Shown here: piece after piece, positions 9,565-19,308 of the stretch
Numbering within the stretch: position 1 is the first letter of the stretch
How the letters are laid out: each line of letters begins with the position of its first letter
Assembly: GCA_052034235.1 (NCBI GenBank)
Contig: JBPOIT010000009.1
Span: forward strand, 72,203-136,202
Length of the DNA stretch: 64,000 bases
DNA from: Candidatus Levyibacteriota bacterium
GTDB taxonomy: Bacteria; Patescibacteriota; Microgenomatia; Levybacterales; UBA12049
Reading direction: 5' to 3'
Notes under the pieces: generated by a model
Told to the model about the DNA's origin: nothing
Seen by the model: the letters and a program-made list of their open reading frames with translations, nothing else
Database searches by the model: none
Program-made: the position numbers and the translations under genes

Positions 9565-10917
9565 ATGGACTCACATTTAGCCGCTATCTGGGATAAAGTA
9601 CTAACAGATATAAAACCAAAAATTTCTGATGGTAATTACGCTGTTCTTTTTAAGCCTACATATCTTCTTTCTCTTGCTGACGATATAGCAACAGTTGCTG
9701 CACCCAACACAATGATTATTAATCTTCTAAATAGACGTTTTCTTTCTGATATTAAATCTCTTCTTGATACACATACAGGAAAAGACCTTACTATTCTTTT
9801 TGTTCCCCGTGCACCACTCCCAGTTGAGAAAAAACATAATCATGAAGCAGGGCCTCTCTTTACTGAAAATAAGGTTCTTACCAAACCTATGGTCGGACAT
9901 CTTCCTCGTGTCAGACCAGAATATACCTTTCCTAATTTTGCCGTTTCTTCAAGTAATCAATTAGCGTTTGTTTCAGCGACAACAGTTGCTAAGAATATTG
10001 GACAGTCATACAACCCACTTTTTATCTATGGACCTGTCGGTGTCGGAAAAACCCATCTTATGCATGCCATTGCAAACTACGCATATCTGGGAGCTCCTGA
10101 AAAAAAAATTATTTATATAACCAGTGAAGAATTCACAAATGAAGTCATTGAGGCAATCCGAAATAATGATACTGCACGAATGAAGAAGCGTTTCCGTTCA
10201 GCATATGTTCTACTCATTGATGATATCCAGTTTATTGAAGGGAAGGATAAGGTTCAGGAAGAACTCTTCCATACCTTTAATATCCTTATTGATAACCAAT
10301 CACAAATTGTCCTTTCGTCTGATAGACCGCCGCATGAAATCAAAAAGCTTGAAAAGCGCTTATCTTCTCGCTTTGCAGGAGGTTTAACTGTTGATATTGA
10401 AAAACCGGATATTGAACTTAAAACAGCGATATTACAGAAGAAAGCAGAAAAATACGGCCATGAACTTCCGACAGACATTGCGATGTCACTTGCCGAGCAA
10501 GCAGAAGACACAAGAAGTCTTGAAGGTCTTTTGCTTCGGGTCATAACAGAAGCAACGACAAACAACACAAAAATCAGTCTTGAATCTGCACAAAATGCCA
10601 TGGGGAATTACGCACAAAAAAAGGCAGAACATATATATGCTGAAGATGTCATTAATGCCGTTTGTACATACTTTCATATAAAGACAACACAGTTAAAGGG
10701 TCCTAAAAGAGATGCATCATTGGTAAAAGCACGACAGCTCACCATGTACTTATTAAAACATGAATTAGGATTAACACTTGTTGAAATTGGAAATCTTCTT
10801 GGCGGCCGTGACCATACGACAATTAAGCACGGTGTGGATAAGATAGAGGTGCTTGTGGAAAACAAGGCTGCGGTCTCTCAGGATATCTCTGGGATAACTA
10901 AATCATTTCGGGGATAA
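9565..10917 (+). CDS. dnaA: chromosomal replication initiator DnaA
   Basis: Walker A GPVGVGKTHL, an AAA+ domain, and a C-terminal DnaA box-binding domain (KRDASLVKARQLTMYLLK). Confidence 0.95.
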   Translation: MDSHLAAIWDKVLTDIKPKISDGNYAVLFKPTYLLSLADDIATVAAPNTMIINLLNRRFLSDIKSLLDTHTGKDLTILFVPRAPLPVEKKHNHEAGPLFTENKVLTKPMVGHLPRVRPEYTFPNFAVSSSNQLAFVSATTVAKNIGQSYNPLFIYGPVGVGKTHLMHAIANYAYLGAPEKKIIYITSEEFTNEVIEAIRNNDTARMKKRFRSAYVLLIDDIQFIEGKDKVQEELFHTFNILIDNQSQIVLSSDRPPHEIKKLEKRLSSRFAGGLTVDIEKPDIELKTAILQKKAEKYGHELPTDIAMSLAEQAEDTRSLEGLLLRVITEATTNNTKISLESAQNAMGNYAQKKAEHIYAEDVINAVCTYFHIKTTQLKGPKRDASLVKARQLTMYLLKHELGLTLVEIGNLLGGRDHTTIKHGVDKIEVLVENKAAVSQDISGITKSFRG

Positions 10918-11158
10918 GTATGTGGGATAACTCTCTTCTTATTCTTATGAACATTTTATCCCAAAAGTTATGAACATTTTATCCACATTCTTTCAGTCAT
11001 AAAACCCAAAATTACATATATACTATATAGGATTTTAAAATATGCTAATTATTACTGTTTTATGAGGAAAGTTTAAAAAAAATGACACTTATGAGTCTTT
11101 TTGTTCTTGATTTTTTCCACATTTCCCTATACACTACTACAACTACAAGTATATATAT
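10918..11158. promoter_or_regulatory. candidate oriC: a dnaA-dnaN intergenic region with clustered DnaA boxes and an AT-rich DUE
   Basis: Contains a perfect TTATCCACA at 10979-10987, TGTGGGATAA at 10921-10930 (reverse orientation, one mismatch), TTTTATCCC and TTTTCCACA variants, and a terminal TATATATATAT tract. Confidence 0.55.
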
Positions 11159-12268
11159 ATGAAGGTTTCCCTATTGACGGCAAATTTACAAAAAAAGCTT
11201 TCGTTTCTTAATCACGCTATCTCTTCAAAGAACCAACTACCAGTATTACTTAATATACTCATCGAGGCAAATGGTGAAGTGATTACACTTAGCAGTACTG
11301 ACCTTGAAGTTGGAATAGAAATAAAGATACCAGCAATAATCGAAGAAGAGGGATCAACTACAGTTCCAGCAAAAACGTTCTCTGAACTTATTAACTCACT
11401 TTCTGAAGAAACAGTCACGCTTCACACAACTGATAATAAACTTGAAGTTGTAACACGAAAAACAAATAGTATCTTCCAAACAATTAACGCTGAAGAATTT
11501 CCTTCTCTTTATGAAGAGAAAGGAGAAAAGATCGCAACACTTCTTTCTGAAGATATACAAAAAGATTTTTCATCTGTTGTCTTTGCAGCAAGTCAAGATA
11601 CGACGCGTCCAGCACTATCCGGAGTATTAGTCAGAAGAGAGGACGAAGGCTTCTTGCTCGTCGCTACAGACGGTTACAGACTATCTCTTAAACATTACAA
11701 GACAGAGAAAGAAGGGGAGTCTGCAAATTCTTCATATATTATTCCTGCACGGGTTTTTAAAGAACTCTTATCGATGAAGGATGAAAAAGGCGAAATAACA
11801 ATGCATGTAGCCTCAGGAAAGAATCAAATCCTTTTTGAACAGAACCAAACGGTATTGGTCGGAAGATTAATTGAGGCAGAATTTCCGAATTTCGAAAAAA
11901 TTATCCCTGCAGATTTCTCAGTAAGTGTTTCGTTTGAAAAAGAAGATATGCAAAAAGCTGTGAAGATTTGTTCCATTTTTGCAAGAGATGCGGCGAATAT
12001 TATTAAATTTTCACTTAGAAAGGATCAGATAATCGTTTCATCACAATCACCAGCACTAGGTGAGAATACGGTTTCTGTTGACGCAAAGCTCAATGGCGAA
12101 GAAAACGAGATCGCATTTAACGCCCGCTACTTACTTGATCTCTTTTCAAACAGTGATGATAAAGAAATGGTCTTTGAAATGACAGGCCCGCTTAATCCAG
12201 GAGTTTTCAAAATAGCCAACGATCCATCCTATCTCCATCTCATCATGCCTATTAGGGTTCAGGGGTAA
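11159..12268 (+). CDS. dnaN: DNA polymerase III beta sliding clamp
   Basis: 369 aa with three-domain clamp architecture, sitting immediately downstream of dnaA. Confidence 0.9.
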   Translation: MKVSLLTANLQKKLSFLNHAISSKNQLPVLLNILIEANGEVITLSSTDLEVGIEIKIPAIIEEEGSTTVPAKTFSELINSLSEETVTLHTTDNKLEVVTRKTNSIFQTINAEEFPSLYEEKGEKIATLLSEDIQKDFSSVVFAASQDTTRPALSGVLVRREDEGFLLVATDGYRLSLKHYKTEKEGESANSSYIIPARVFKELLSMKDEKGEITMHVASGKNQILFEQNQTVLVGRLIEAEFPNFEKIIPADFSVSVSFEKEDMQKAVKICSIFARDAANIIKFSLRKDQIIVSSQSPALGENTVSVDAKLNGEENEIAFNARYLLDLFSNSDDKEMVFEMTGPLNPGVFKIANDPSYLHLIMPIRVQG

Positions 12269-12275
12269 AAGCTAA

Positions 12276-12953
12276 TTACTCGTAAATCTTTATATATTTA
12301 ATATAGTCATCAACAGTCATCGGAGGGAAAAGTCTAGTTTCAAGCACACTTCCTGTTTGTGAATTAGCTACGAAGGCGATACCTAAATTTGCATAAATAT
12401 ATTCTTCGGCGTTTGGGCCAAAAAATGATGATCCGATAATCTTATATTCTGGATTGCCATAGCTTTCTGTGAAGTGGCTAATTTGCGCTGCTGAATCAGC
12501 AGTAGTAATTTTGCGTTCAAGAAGAATGTTATTGCCCTGGGTAATATAAATATTAGGTCGAGAAGGATTTATTGAAGCTAATGTGTGTTTTACTAATCCA
12601 TTAGGAAGAGTTTCTGATTCTTGAAAGCCTGGCAATGTGTTTATGGGCGCTTCTAATTCTGTTTCATATTCAATTTGGTCAAAATTGATTGATGGAATAG
12701 GGAGTATTGTCATACTTGGTTGTGATGATGGTCTAGTTTGTCCAGGTAATGTTGTTGGTGTGAAAGTCGTATTTGATGTCTCAGGGGTTGATTTCTGAAC
12801 TGGAGTTTGTGGTTGAGATATATAAATTAGTAGCCCAATAAATAATAGTAAAGGTATCGCTGGAATCAGCAGCCATTTATATGTGGCAATAAACCCATAA
12901 ATTTTATCTTTGAAAGCAGAAACATTCATAATTATTAGCATCCAGGTTCCCAA
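12276..12953 (-). CDS. hypothetical membrane-anchored Thr/Pro-rich extracytoplasmic protein
   Basis: N-terminal TM (LLIPAIPLLLFIGLLIYI) followed by a T/P/S-rich linker. No recognisable domain. Confidence 0.4.
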   Translation of the reverse strand: MGTWMLIIMNVSAFKDKIYGFIATYKWLLIPAIPLLLFIGLLIYISQPQTPVQKSTPETSNTTFTPTTLPGQTRPSSQPSMTILPIPSINFDQIEYETELEAPINTLPGFQESETLPNGLVKHTLASINPSRPNIYITQGNNILLERKITTADSAAQISHFTESYGNPEYKIIGSSFFGPNAEEYIYANLGIAFVANSQTGSVLETRLFPPMTVDDYIKYIKIYE

Positions 12954-13669
12954 AAAGTTAATTTTTTTTGCAGTTTAATATCAACATGAAAATGATCATC
13001 GTGCCCAGCAATATATTTCATAACCAGTCCAGTAGATCTATTTGTATCACGTGCATATTTCAAAACAGCGGCATTTACTGCTTGATCGTTATACCAAATA
13101 TTCTCAATAAGATTTGTATCCACAAACATTTTACCAAGCTCAATTGTTTCAGTATCGTTGCTCATTTGAGCCACACGTCTTTTTCCATCAATGTCACCAT
13201 AAATATCTACTGCGCGGCCAATATTATGTGATTTATGACCTGATGCGTTTAAATCGCCTATCCATAATTTGCCATTTGGATATTTTTCTTTCCATCTTAT
13301 AGCAACTGTATTCAGCACACCGACAAGATCCTTATGACCATATCTTTGGTTAGAGCATGCATAGAGAGTATATAGTTCTTTTGGTGCTGGAATTGAGGAT
13401 ACTGGCATCAGGCAATATCCATCGGATTTACATGTTATATTTGGAGGATATGTAATACCTTCTGCTCCGACACCGCTATTACAATTAGGGGGAAGGTTCG
13501 CAGGTGTTCCTTGAATATTTATGTTTACAATAACACAGTTGCTCGTTACCGCTTGAGCTGATGATGTGAAAATGAACGTGAAGAAAACACTAAAGGTGAA
13601 AGTTACTACAGCTAAGAAAAGTGTGCGGTTAATCATAACTAAGATAATCTTACCTATTTTAACAACCAT
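12935..13669 (-). CDS. LAS-superfamily (M15/M74-like) zinc metallopeptidase, a putative peptidoglycan endopeptidase
   Basis: N-terminal TM, then HKSHNIGRAVDI (H-x3-6-D) and a C-terminal GHDDHFHVD (H-x-H). Together these form the LAS zinc-ligand signature. Confidence 0.55.
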   Translation of the reverse strand: MVVKIGKIILVMINRTLFLAVVTFTFSVFFTFIFTSSAQAVTSNCVIVNINIQGTPANLPPNCNSGVGAEGITYPPNITCKSDGYCLMPVSSIPAPKELYTLYACSNQRYGHKDLVGVLNTVAIRWKEKYPNGKLWIGDLNASGHKSHNIGRAVDIYGDIDGKRRVAQMSNDTETIELGKMFVDTNLIENIWYNDQAVNAAVLKYARDTNRSTGLVMKYIAGHDDHFHVDIKLQKKLTFWEPGC

Positions 13670-14201
13670 CAGGCAAGGGGTTAAAGTCTTTGATAGTCTG
13701 AGGATCGAGCGTTGCTTTTATATCGTAATTAAGGTAAAAGCTGACTGGGTAATTACATATACCTTCATCACTAACACCAAAGGTTCGGAACCAGTTTGTC
13801 GCAGCGGTTTTAGCTTCAGCAATATTTGCTGTGAGTATTTCAACTTGAAATGTATCTACGGAAGAGACATATTCTATACTGAACTGCGAAGACATATAAA
13901 GTATGCCTGATAATTGTCCAGGTGGTCGAAGTGAAAGAATCTTTTCTTTCGCAGCAATATCCCAACTTGCTAATGGAGATTTTTGTGATACTTGCTCAAG
14001 GTATCGCTGCTGAGGTGACGTGAATGGTGATTGAGTAAAATCAGGTGGAATAGATGAAGGTTGAACATTCATTGATGGCTGATTTGGGGATTCTTGGTAG
14101 TAACCAGTTGAGTAAATGATTATAAAGATAATCAAACATGCAAAGACTATAATTGTCGGTTTATACTTTTTTATGAATAATAAAAATGACATGATTAACA
14201 A
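13659..14201 (-). CDS. secreted/membrane-anchored hypothetical protein, paralog A
   Basis: N-terminal TM. The C-terminal block FQVEILT..A.AK..A..WFR..G.S..GIC..PV.FYLN.D...C is shared with the next gene. Confidence 0.5.
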   Translation of the reverse strand: MLIMSFLLFIKKYKPTIIVFACLIIFIIIYSTGYYQESPNQPSMNVQPSSIPPDFTQSPFTSPQQRYLEQVSQKSPLASWDIAAKEKILSLRPPGQLSGILYMSSQFSIEYVSSVDTFQVEILTANIAEAKTAATNWFRTFGVSDEGICNYPVSFYLNYDIKATLDPQTIKDFNPLPDGC

Positions 14202-14758
14202 CTATTTGCTAGTGGACTAAAAATGGTTCCTGTTCCGCGAAGTTTTGTCATGGTGTCAGAGTTGAGATAAAAGAGGACAGGAAGGTCACAAATGCCTTTT
14301 TGACTCATACCTCGCGCACGAAACCAAACGTTGGCTTCTGCTTTTGCAGCAGAAATGTCGGTTGTTAATATTTCAACCTGAAACATATTTGCATTGTTCG
14401 TGAAGTCAATAATAATTGTGTCAGATTGGTAGAGGATACCAGAAGGATTCTCCTTGGGTAATGTAGAGAGAATTGTCGCTTTTGCAAAGGTATCGTTATC
14501 TGATAGTGGTATGCGGTTTACAATTTTATCAAGGAGCTTGTCTTGGGCGATTTCGTTATAAGCAACTGGTGGTATATGTGAATTTAAGGAAGGGGTTGGT
14601 GAAAGTGTTGGCAGTATCCGTACTTTGTTTTCTGAAGTATCGTTCAGAGCGGGTTTAGATGAACTATTCGTAAATGCAATGAAAGCTGTTAAAACAACAA
14701 TGATTAGTAGGATTATGCCAAATACAAAAGAAAGAAGGTCACCTTTATTTTTTTTCAT
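14195..14758 (-). CDS. secreted/membrane-anchored hypothetical protein, paralog B
   Basis: Tandem paralog of 13659-14201 with the same conserved C-terminal block and terminal Cys. Confidence 0.5.
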   Translation of the reverse strand: MKKNKGDLLSFVFGIILLIIVVLTAFIAFTNSSSKPALNDTSENKVRILPTLSPTPSLNSHIPPVAYNEIAQDKLLDKIVNRIPLSDNDTFAKATILSTLPKENPSGILYQSDTIIIDFTNNANMFQVEILTTDISAAKAEANVWFRARGMSQKGICDLPVLFYLNSDTMTKLRGTGTIFSPLANSC

Positions 14759-14794
14759 AGTATGTCGTTAGTATAACTGCTTGAGGTATGAGCA

Positions 14795-16897
14795 TCAACG
14801 TGCGCATGACCAATATCTGCCCAAACTCCCAATTTTTTTGCCATAGGTTGTCGCATTTTCTGTTTGGATTTCCCAGTTCAAATCACCACGGTCATTTATA
14901 CCATTTTTACCTTCCGCCGGAGGAGGAAGCCCTGGTGGTGAACTGCTTCCCATCTGGTAAAGTCCCCAGGCACCAGCTGCATCAGGTGTTCCTGTATTTG
15001 GGTTTGCATACGCATTAGGGTTATAACCACTCTCACAAGGAACGATCTTATTAAACCAAACATCAGCATTTGCTGGGTCTGCCTGCTTGAGAAGTGCAAA
15101 TAATTTGTCTTTACTAAAATTACATTGAGGATTGCCAAAATTCTTTCCGATGGTGTTACCAAGAGCACCAGCTGCATCTTTGCCATTACACAGGATATTG
15201 CTTGGAGCTACCCATGTACCTGAAATACCTCCTACTGCTCCAATGGTGTTTACTTCAGCCCAAGTAACAAGGTGAGTCTTATCCTTTGTTACTTTATACT
15301 TTATTGTGATAGTAAAGTTTGGGGGATTAAGAAGTGGAGCAGTAACGTTTTCAGAAGCTTTCCATGTTATTGTTTTGGCTGTCGGATTGAAAAGACGTAC
15401 TTGCCAATCCGAAGTGATGTCAGCATCAAGTAAACTAATCCCGTCAGGTAAGTGATCAATAACGATTACCTCTTGTGCAGGCTTTGTATCTTTAACGGTG
15501 ATAGTAAAAGTGACAATGTCTCCAACTTTTGCATCAAGAAGTGGTGGCAATATTTTTACTTTTTCAACTGTTAATGTCTCAAGAATTGCGTTTTCATTCG
15601 CTCTTTTTTCTTCTTCTTTATCGTTGAAAATGAAAAGGAGAAACATAACAACTAAAAATAATACAATCGCGCCACCTAGTATAGCAAGGCCAACTGGTGT
15701 TTTCGTGAAGAAAAAGATAAGTCCTCTTTCTGCCAGTTTCTTAGTTGCTGCTCCGCCCAATGGATTTGAAGGAACTTTGGGAAATCCGCTTTTAAAATTT
15801 CGACTTGGCACTCTGCCCCGCCTACTATTTGGACCTCTACCATCGTTTCTGTTTCTATCCTCACCATTGTCAGAATCATCATCGTCTTGCGAATCGTCTT
15901 GTTCATATGGGCTTGAAGTGGGATACTCAGGCTGAGGCCCTGGTTCATAGAAGTCAGCTCTAGTATTGCCAAGGACATTGTCATCGTTTGGATTGCCAGG
16001 TTGTCCCCGGTCAAACTCCTCAATGGAATAAGGATCAAAGTCCTCGACAACCCTATCTTCTAGTGGAAGAGGAGGCGGGATATATTTTCGCAGTCCTGGA
16101 ATAACAGCATCTTTTTTGCTAGGAGGAAGTATTATTTTTGTTTTTGGTTTTTTTGTAACCGGCTTTATTTGATTAATTGATTGGTCAGTTTTACCAGCTG
16201 GTGTAGCCGCGGCTTTCGTTATTAGTGATATATCTGGTTTTGTGTTAAAGGGTGAAGATTTTGATCCTTGCGGCAATGGTTTATCGTAACTGCTTTTTTT
16301 CACTGGATCTGTATTCCCTCCACGGAAGATGTTGGTTACAGTTCGTTGCCGTGGAATTTTAGGGATATTCTGGTTGATTGGTATACTTTGGTTGATAGCT
16401 TTTGTGGATGGTGTGCTTACTCCGAACGGGGAAGTACTTTTACTTGTTCTCTCGGTAGAAGCTGCGACTGCTGCTGATACTGTAGTAAGATTTTTTTCGT
16501 CCTTCTTTATATCAGAATAATTACCATTTACTTCAAATGGATTTGGTTTTTTTACTGGACCATGATATCCTTCTTCTTCCTTTTTTTCTTTCTTCTCGGG
16601 TTTTTCTGTTGCAATTTTTCGTATCTCCAGTTCAGCTTCATGATGAATACGGGCGACTATAGCTTTTATATCAGCAATATTTTTTGTAGTAGATGTATCT
16701 CTTTTCGCTTTTAATACTGCATTTTTGATGAGGTCTATGACTTTTGGATTCATAAGTCCTGCCTCATTGGACGTAAGAGAAGAGTTTTTAGTAAGACGTG
16801 CTTCAGGAAGATCCATGAGGTGATCAACAAGTTCTTGGATTTCTTTGTTGAGCGTAGTTATTCGTTCTATTTTGGGATCCTTCGTATCGGTAGCCAT
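14795..16897 (-). CDS. bitopic membrane protein with a DUF11-type Ig-like domain and a C-terminal SLT-like lytic transglycosylase domain, a candidate VirB1 analog
   Basis: Low-complexity cytoplasmic N-terminus, a TM segment (ILGGAIVLFLVVMFLLFIF), and a DUF11-like segment (VGDIVTFTITVKDTKPAQEVIVIDHLPDGISLLD). The C-terminal CESGYNP...GAWGLYQM fits the SLT ES...GAxGLMQ catalytic motif. Confidence 0.55.
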   Translation of the reverse strand: MATDTKDPKIERITTLNKEIQELVDHLMDLPEARLTKNSSLTSNEAGLMNPKVIDLIKNAVLKAKRDTSTTKNIADIKAIVARIHHEAELEIRKIATEKPEKKEKKEEEGYHGPVKKPNPFEVNGNYSDIKKDEKNLTTVSAAVAASTERTSKSTSPFGVSTPSTKAINQSIPINQNIPKIPRQRTVTNIFRGGNTDPVKKSSYDKPLPQGSKSSPFNTKPDISLITKAAATPAGKTDQSINQIKPVTKKPKTKIILPPSKKDAVIPGLRKYIPPPLPLEDRVVEDFDPYSIEEFDRGQPGNPNDDNVLGNTRADFYEPGPQPEYPTSSPYEQDDSQDDDDSDNGEDRNRNDGRGPNSRRGRVPSRNFKSGFPKVPSNPLGGAATKKLAERGLIFFFTKTPVGLAILGGAIVLFLVVMFLLFIFNDKEEEKRANENAILETLTVEKVKILPPLLDAKVGDIVTFTITVKDTKPAQEVIVIDHLPDGISLLDADITSDWQVRLFNPTAKTITWKASENVTAPLLNPPNFTITIKYKVTKDKTHLVTWAEVNTIGAVGGISGTWVAPSNILCNGKDAAGALGNTIGKNFGNPQCNFSKDKLFALLKQADPANADVWFNKIVPCESGYNPNAYANPNTGTPDAAGAWGLYQMGSSSPPGLPPPAEGKNGINDRGDLNWEIQTENATTYGKKIGSLGRYWSCAR

Positions 16898-16944
16898 ACA
16901 TTAATAGTAGCAGAGAATATGTAGTTTGGTAAAACTTCTATAAC

Positions 16945-19308
16945 TTATGTTTTTGTTGGATCTTGTTTGCCAAGGCCGGTGGTAGGAGCTGAGACGTTAC
17001 CACCGACATGAGGAGAATTCATTAATGATGGGTGTGTTGCGTCATCTATGGGAGGAGTGCCTGGTGCAGCGCTCGTAGGGGCAGGTACGTCAAATGTTGC
17101 TGTTTGTTTGGTTAGAATCGGTGCAGCACTTGGGTCTTGACCAGCTGCTTTTTCTGCAGCTAATTTTTCTGCAGCGAGTGCAGCAGGACTTCCCGGGACA
17201 TGCTCGACTGGAGGAGGTGCCGTTGGGTTGCTGCTTAAATTTGCCCCAGTAGGCACTGCGTGTCCGTCTGCAGGTGTTTGGTGCTTTGTTGGTTCAGCAG
17301 CAGGAGCGGGTGCAACAGTGGCTCCTCCACCTGCCGGCGCATCTGGTGGTGGGGTATGTGTGGAATAGGAATGTGGAGCTGTCGGTTCTTCAGGTGGTGT
17401 GGCTGTTTCAGCATCAGCTTTGTCAGCTTCTTTTTCTGCTCCCTCTGCTTTGAGCATTCGTTCTTTGTCTTGCTGTCTTTTTAAGAGCTCAATAGGGTTG
17501 GAGGTTATCAGCTCATGTTCAAAAGGCGCGGCAAACACCTTCATAGCAACGTGATTTTGTCCTGCAAAAAAGAGTCCTTCTCCAACATCAGAGGAAAGGA
17601 GTAATGCTTTTTCACCTTCAGAAAGGTAAAAAGTTTCAGCGATCATGTCGACTTCAGCCGTGCCTTGTTTGAGAAGCACCTGAATGGAAGAGTTGGTGAG
17701 AACAGCTTTACCGTATTCATTTTTCAAAAAGTCTTCAACATCCTGCGTTGCAGTTGTGAGTCCCAGATAATATTTACGCGCACGTTTGGCGATAGAATAG
17801 ACAAAGGAAGCTGAGTCAGGATATTTCATCATGTACCAGCCTTCATCAAGAATCAAAATACGTTTCTTTAAGGATTTCTTCACTTTCGTCCACACGAAAT
17901 CAAGAATAATATGCATAGCCACAGGACGAAGCGCTTCCTCCATATTTCTGATAGAGAAGACAGTTAAAGGATTATTGATAGCAAAGTTTGACTGTTGGTT
18001 AAAAATACCGGCGGCACTTCCTTTGATGAACTTTTCAAGCATATAAGCAATTTCGCGAGAAGGCTGACTTTCCATACCCAGAAGTGTTTTATACAAATCT
18101 TCCATAAGTGGTGGCTCCCGTTTTTGGGTGGCAGGATCTGTTGTAATACCTTTCTGTCTGTATGTCTCAATAAGCGCACGGTCAAGGATAGCGTCGTGTT
18201 CTGCATCCAAATCCCCGGTAATAATTTTTAGTAACCCATGTAGAGAGAGAATTTTAAGCCCGAGCTCGTTTTCGCCTTCTTCGTAAATATCAGAAAGATC
18301 AAACGGATTAATTTTAATTTCAGAGCTTGACGAGAAATCAACAACTTCGCCCCCTAATGCAGGCGTTAAGGTAACATATTCTCCGTCAGGGTCAATAACG
18401 ATAACCTCAGCACCAAGCATAAATTGCCTACTGATTTCGAGTTTGATGGTATACGATTTTCCGGCACCGGATTTTCCTAACACAACTTCGTTAGCGTTTT
18501 CAAGAGAAAACCTATCAAAGATAATAAGTGATCCGTTTTGTTGATTGACTCCATACATAACACCTTTGTTTTGGGTCAGAATTGCGGACGTGAACGGAAA
18601 AGTCGACGCAAGAGAAGAGGTGTCCATATTGCGCGTGACATACAATTTATCAATACCCATAGGAACAGTCGTCTTGAAACCTTCTTCCATTTGCAGTGTC
18701 GCTATCTTTCCGGTGACAAGCAATCCTCCAAGTGCTGTTTGAAGTTCTTTTACGGTTTCTTTGAGCTTTGGCAGTTCTTCGTCCGAAATCGTCAGATAAA
18801 ATCCGAACTGAAAGAACCGCTCAATACCTTTTGCGAGTTCTTCTTGGAGTCCAAGTGCGTCTTCAAGCGCAGCTTCAACACTCGGATCTGCTACTTTTCC
18901 TTGTTCAGCATCAGATGAAAGTGTCGCTTCCATTTCTCCAATTTTTCTTTTTAAATCAGCTAACACGTCTGAGGAAGACGTAGGGTAACAAAACATAGCA
19001 ATATCAAGGGTATGATCATAATCAATAATTGGTTGCAGCCAGCCTGGTGATACGTAACGTGGGTATCCAGCGGCAAAAAGTGTCGTGTAATATGTATCGC
19101 CAACGCGTATGTATCGGAAATCAACTTCAACTGATGAAGGAGCTATGATGTCAACGACGGATGTAAGTCCTTTTTCTACAGTTTCAATTGCTTTACTTGT
19201 CGGTGGTGCTGCAACAGCAGCTTTTGCAGCTTTTCCAGCCATAGGAGCTGTGCCTGCTTTTTGAACAGTAGTGGTTGTGGGTTTTGCATTGCCGAATGGT
19301 AATTTCAT
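16945..19308 (-). CDS. virB4: VirB4/TrbE/CagE-family type IV secretion ATPase with a long Pro/Ala-rich C-terminal tail
   Basis: Walker A VVLGKSGAGKSYT and the VirB4-type ILILDEGWYMM (DEAW-like Walker B). The C-terminal tail of roughly 170 aa is low-complexity. Confidence 0.85.
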   Translation of the reverse strand: MKLPFGNAKPTTTTVQKAGTAPMAGKAAKAAVAAPPTSKAIETVEKGLTSVVDIIAPSSVEVDFRYIRVGDTYYTTLFAAGYPRYVSPGWLQPIIDYDHTLDIAMFCYPTSSSDVLADLKRKIGEMEATLSSDAEQGKVADPSVEAALEDALGLQEELAKGIERFFQFGFYLTISDEELPKLKETVKELQTALGGLLVTGKIATLQMEEGFKTTVPMGIDKLYVTRNMDTSSLASTFPFTSAILTQNKGVMYGVNQQNGSLIIFDRFSLENANEVVLGKSGAGKSYTIKLEISRQFMLGAEVIVIDPDGEYVTLTPALGGEVVDFSSSSEIKINPFDLSDIYEEGENELGLKILSLHGLLKIITGDLDAEHDAILDRALIETYRQKGITTDPATQKREPPLMEDLYKTLLGMESQPSREIAYMLEKFIKGSAAGIFNQQSNFAINNPLTVFSIRNMEEALRPVAMHIILDFVWTKVKKSLKKRILILDEGWYMMKYPDSASFVYSIAKRARKYYLGLTTATQDVEDFLKNEYGKAVLTNSSIQVLLKQGTAEVDMIAETFYLSEGEKALLLSSDVGEGLFFAGQNHVAMKVFAAPFEHELITSNPIELLKRQQDKERMLKAEGAEKEADKADAETATPPEEPTAPHSYSTHTPPPDAPAGGGATVAPAPAAEPTKHQTPADGHAVPTGANLSSNPTAPPPVEHVPGSPAALAAEKLAAEKAAGQDPSAAPILTKQTATFDVPAPTSAAPGTPPIDDATHPSLMNSPHVGGNVSAPTTGLGKQDPTKT

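Noticed and set aside
17260-18231. Small ORFs antisense to or nested in virB4 (17260..17484, 17831..18046, 17964..18206, 17995..18231), and similar ORFs nested in the giant gene (24328..24627, 25746..25946, 26008..26295 and others)
   Set aside because: They are embedded in long, well-supported CDSs on the opposite strand or in other frames. They have no start context or conservation signal.
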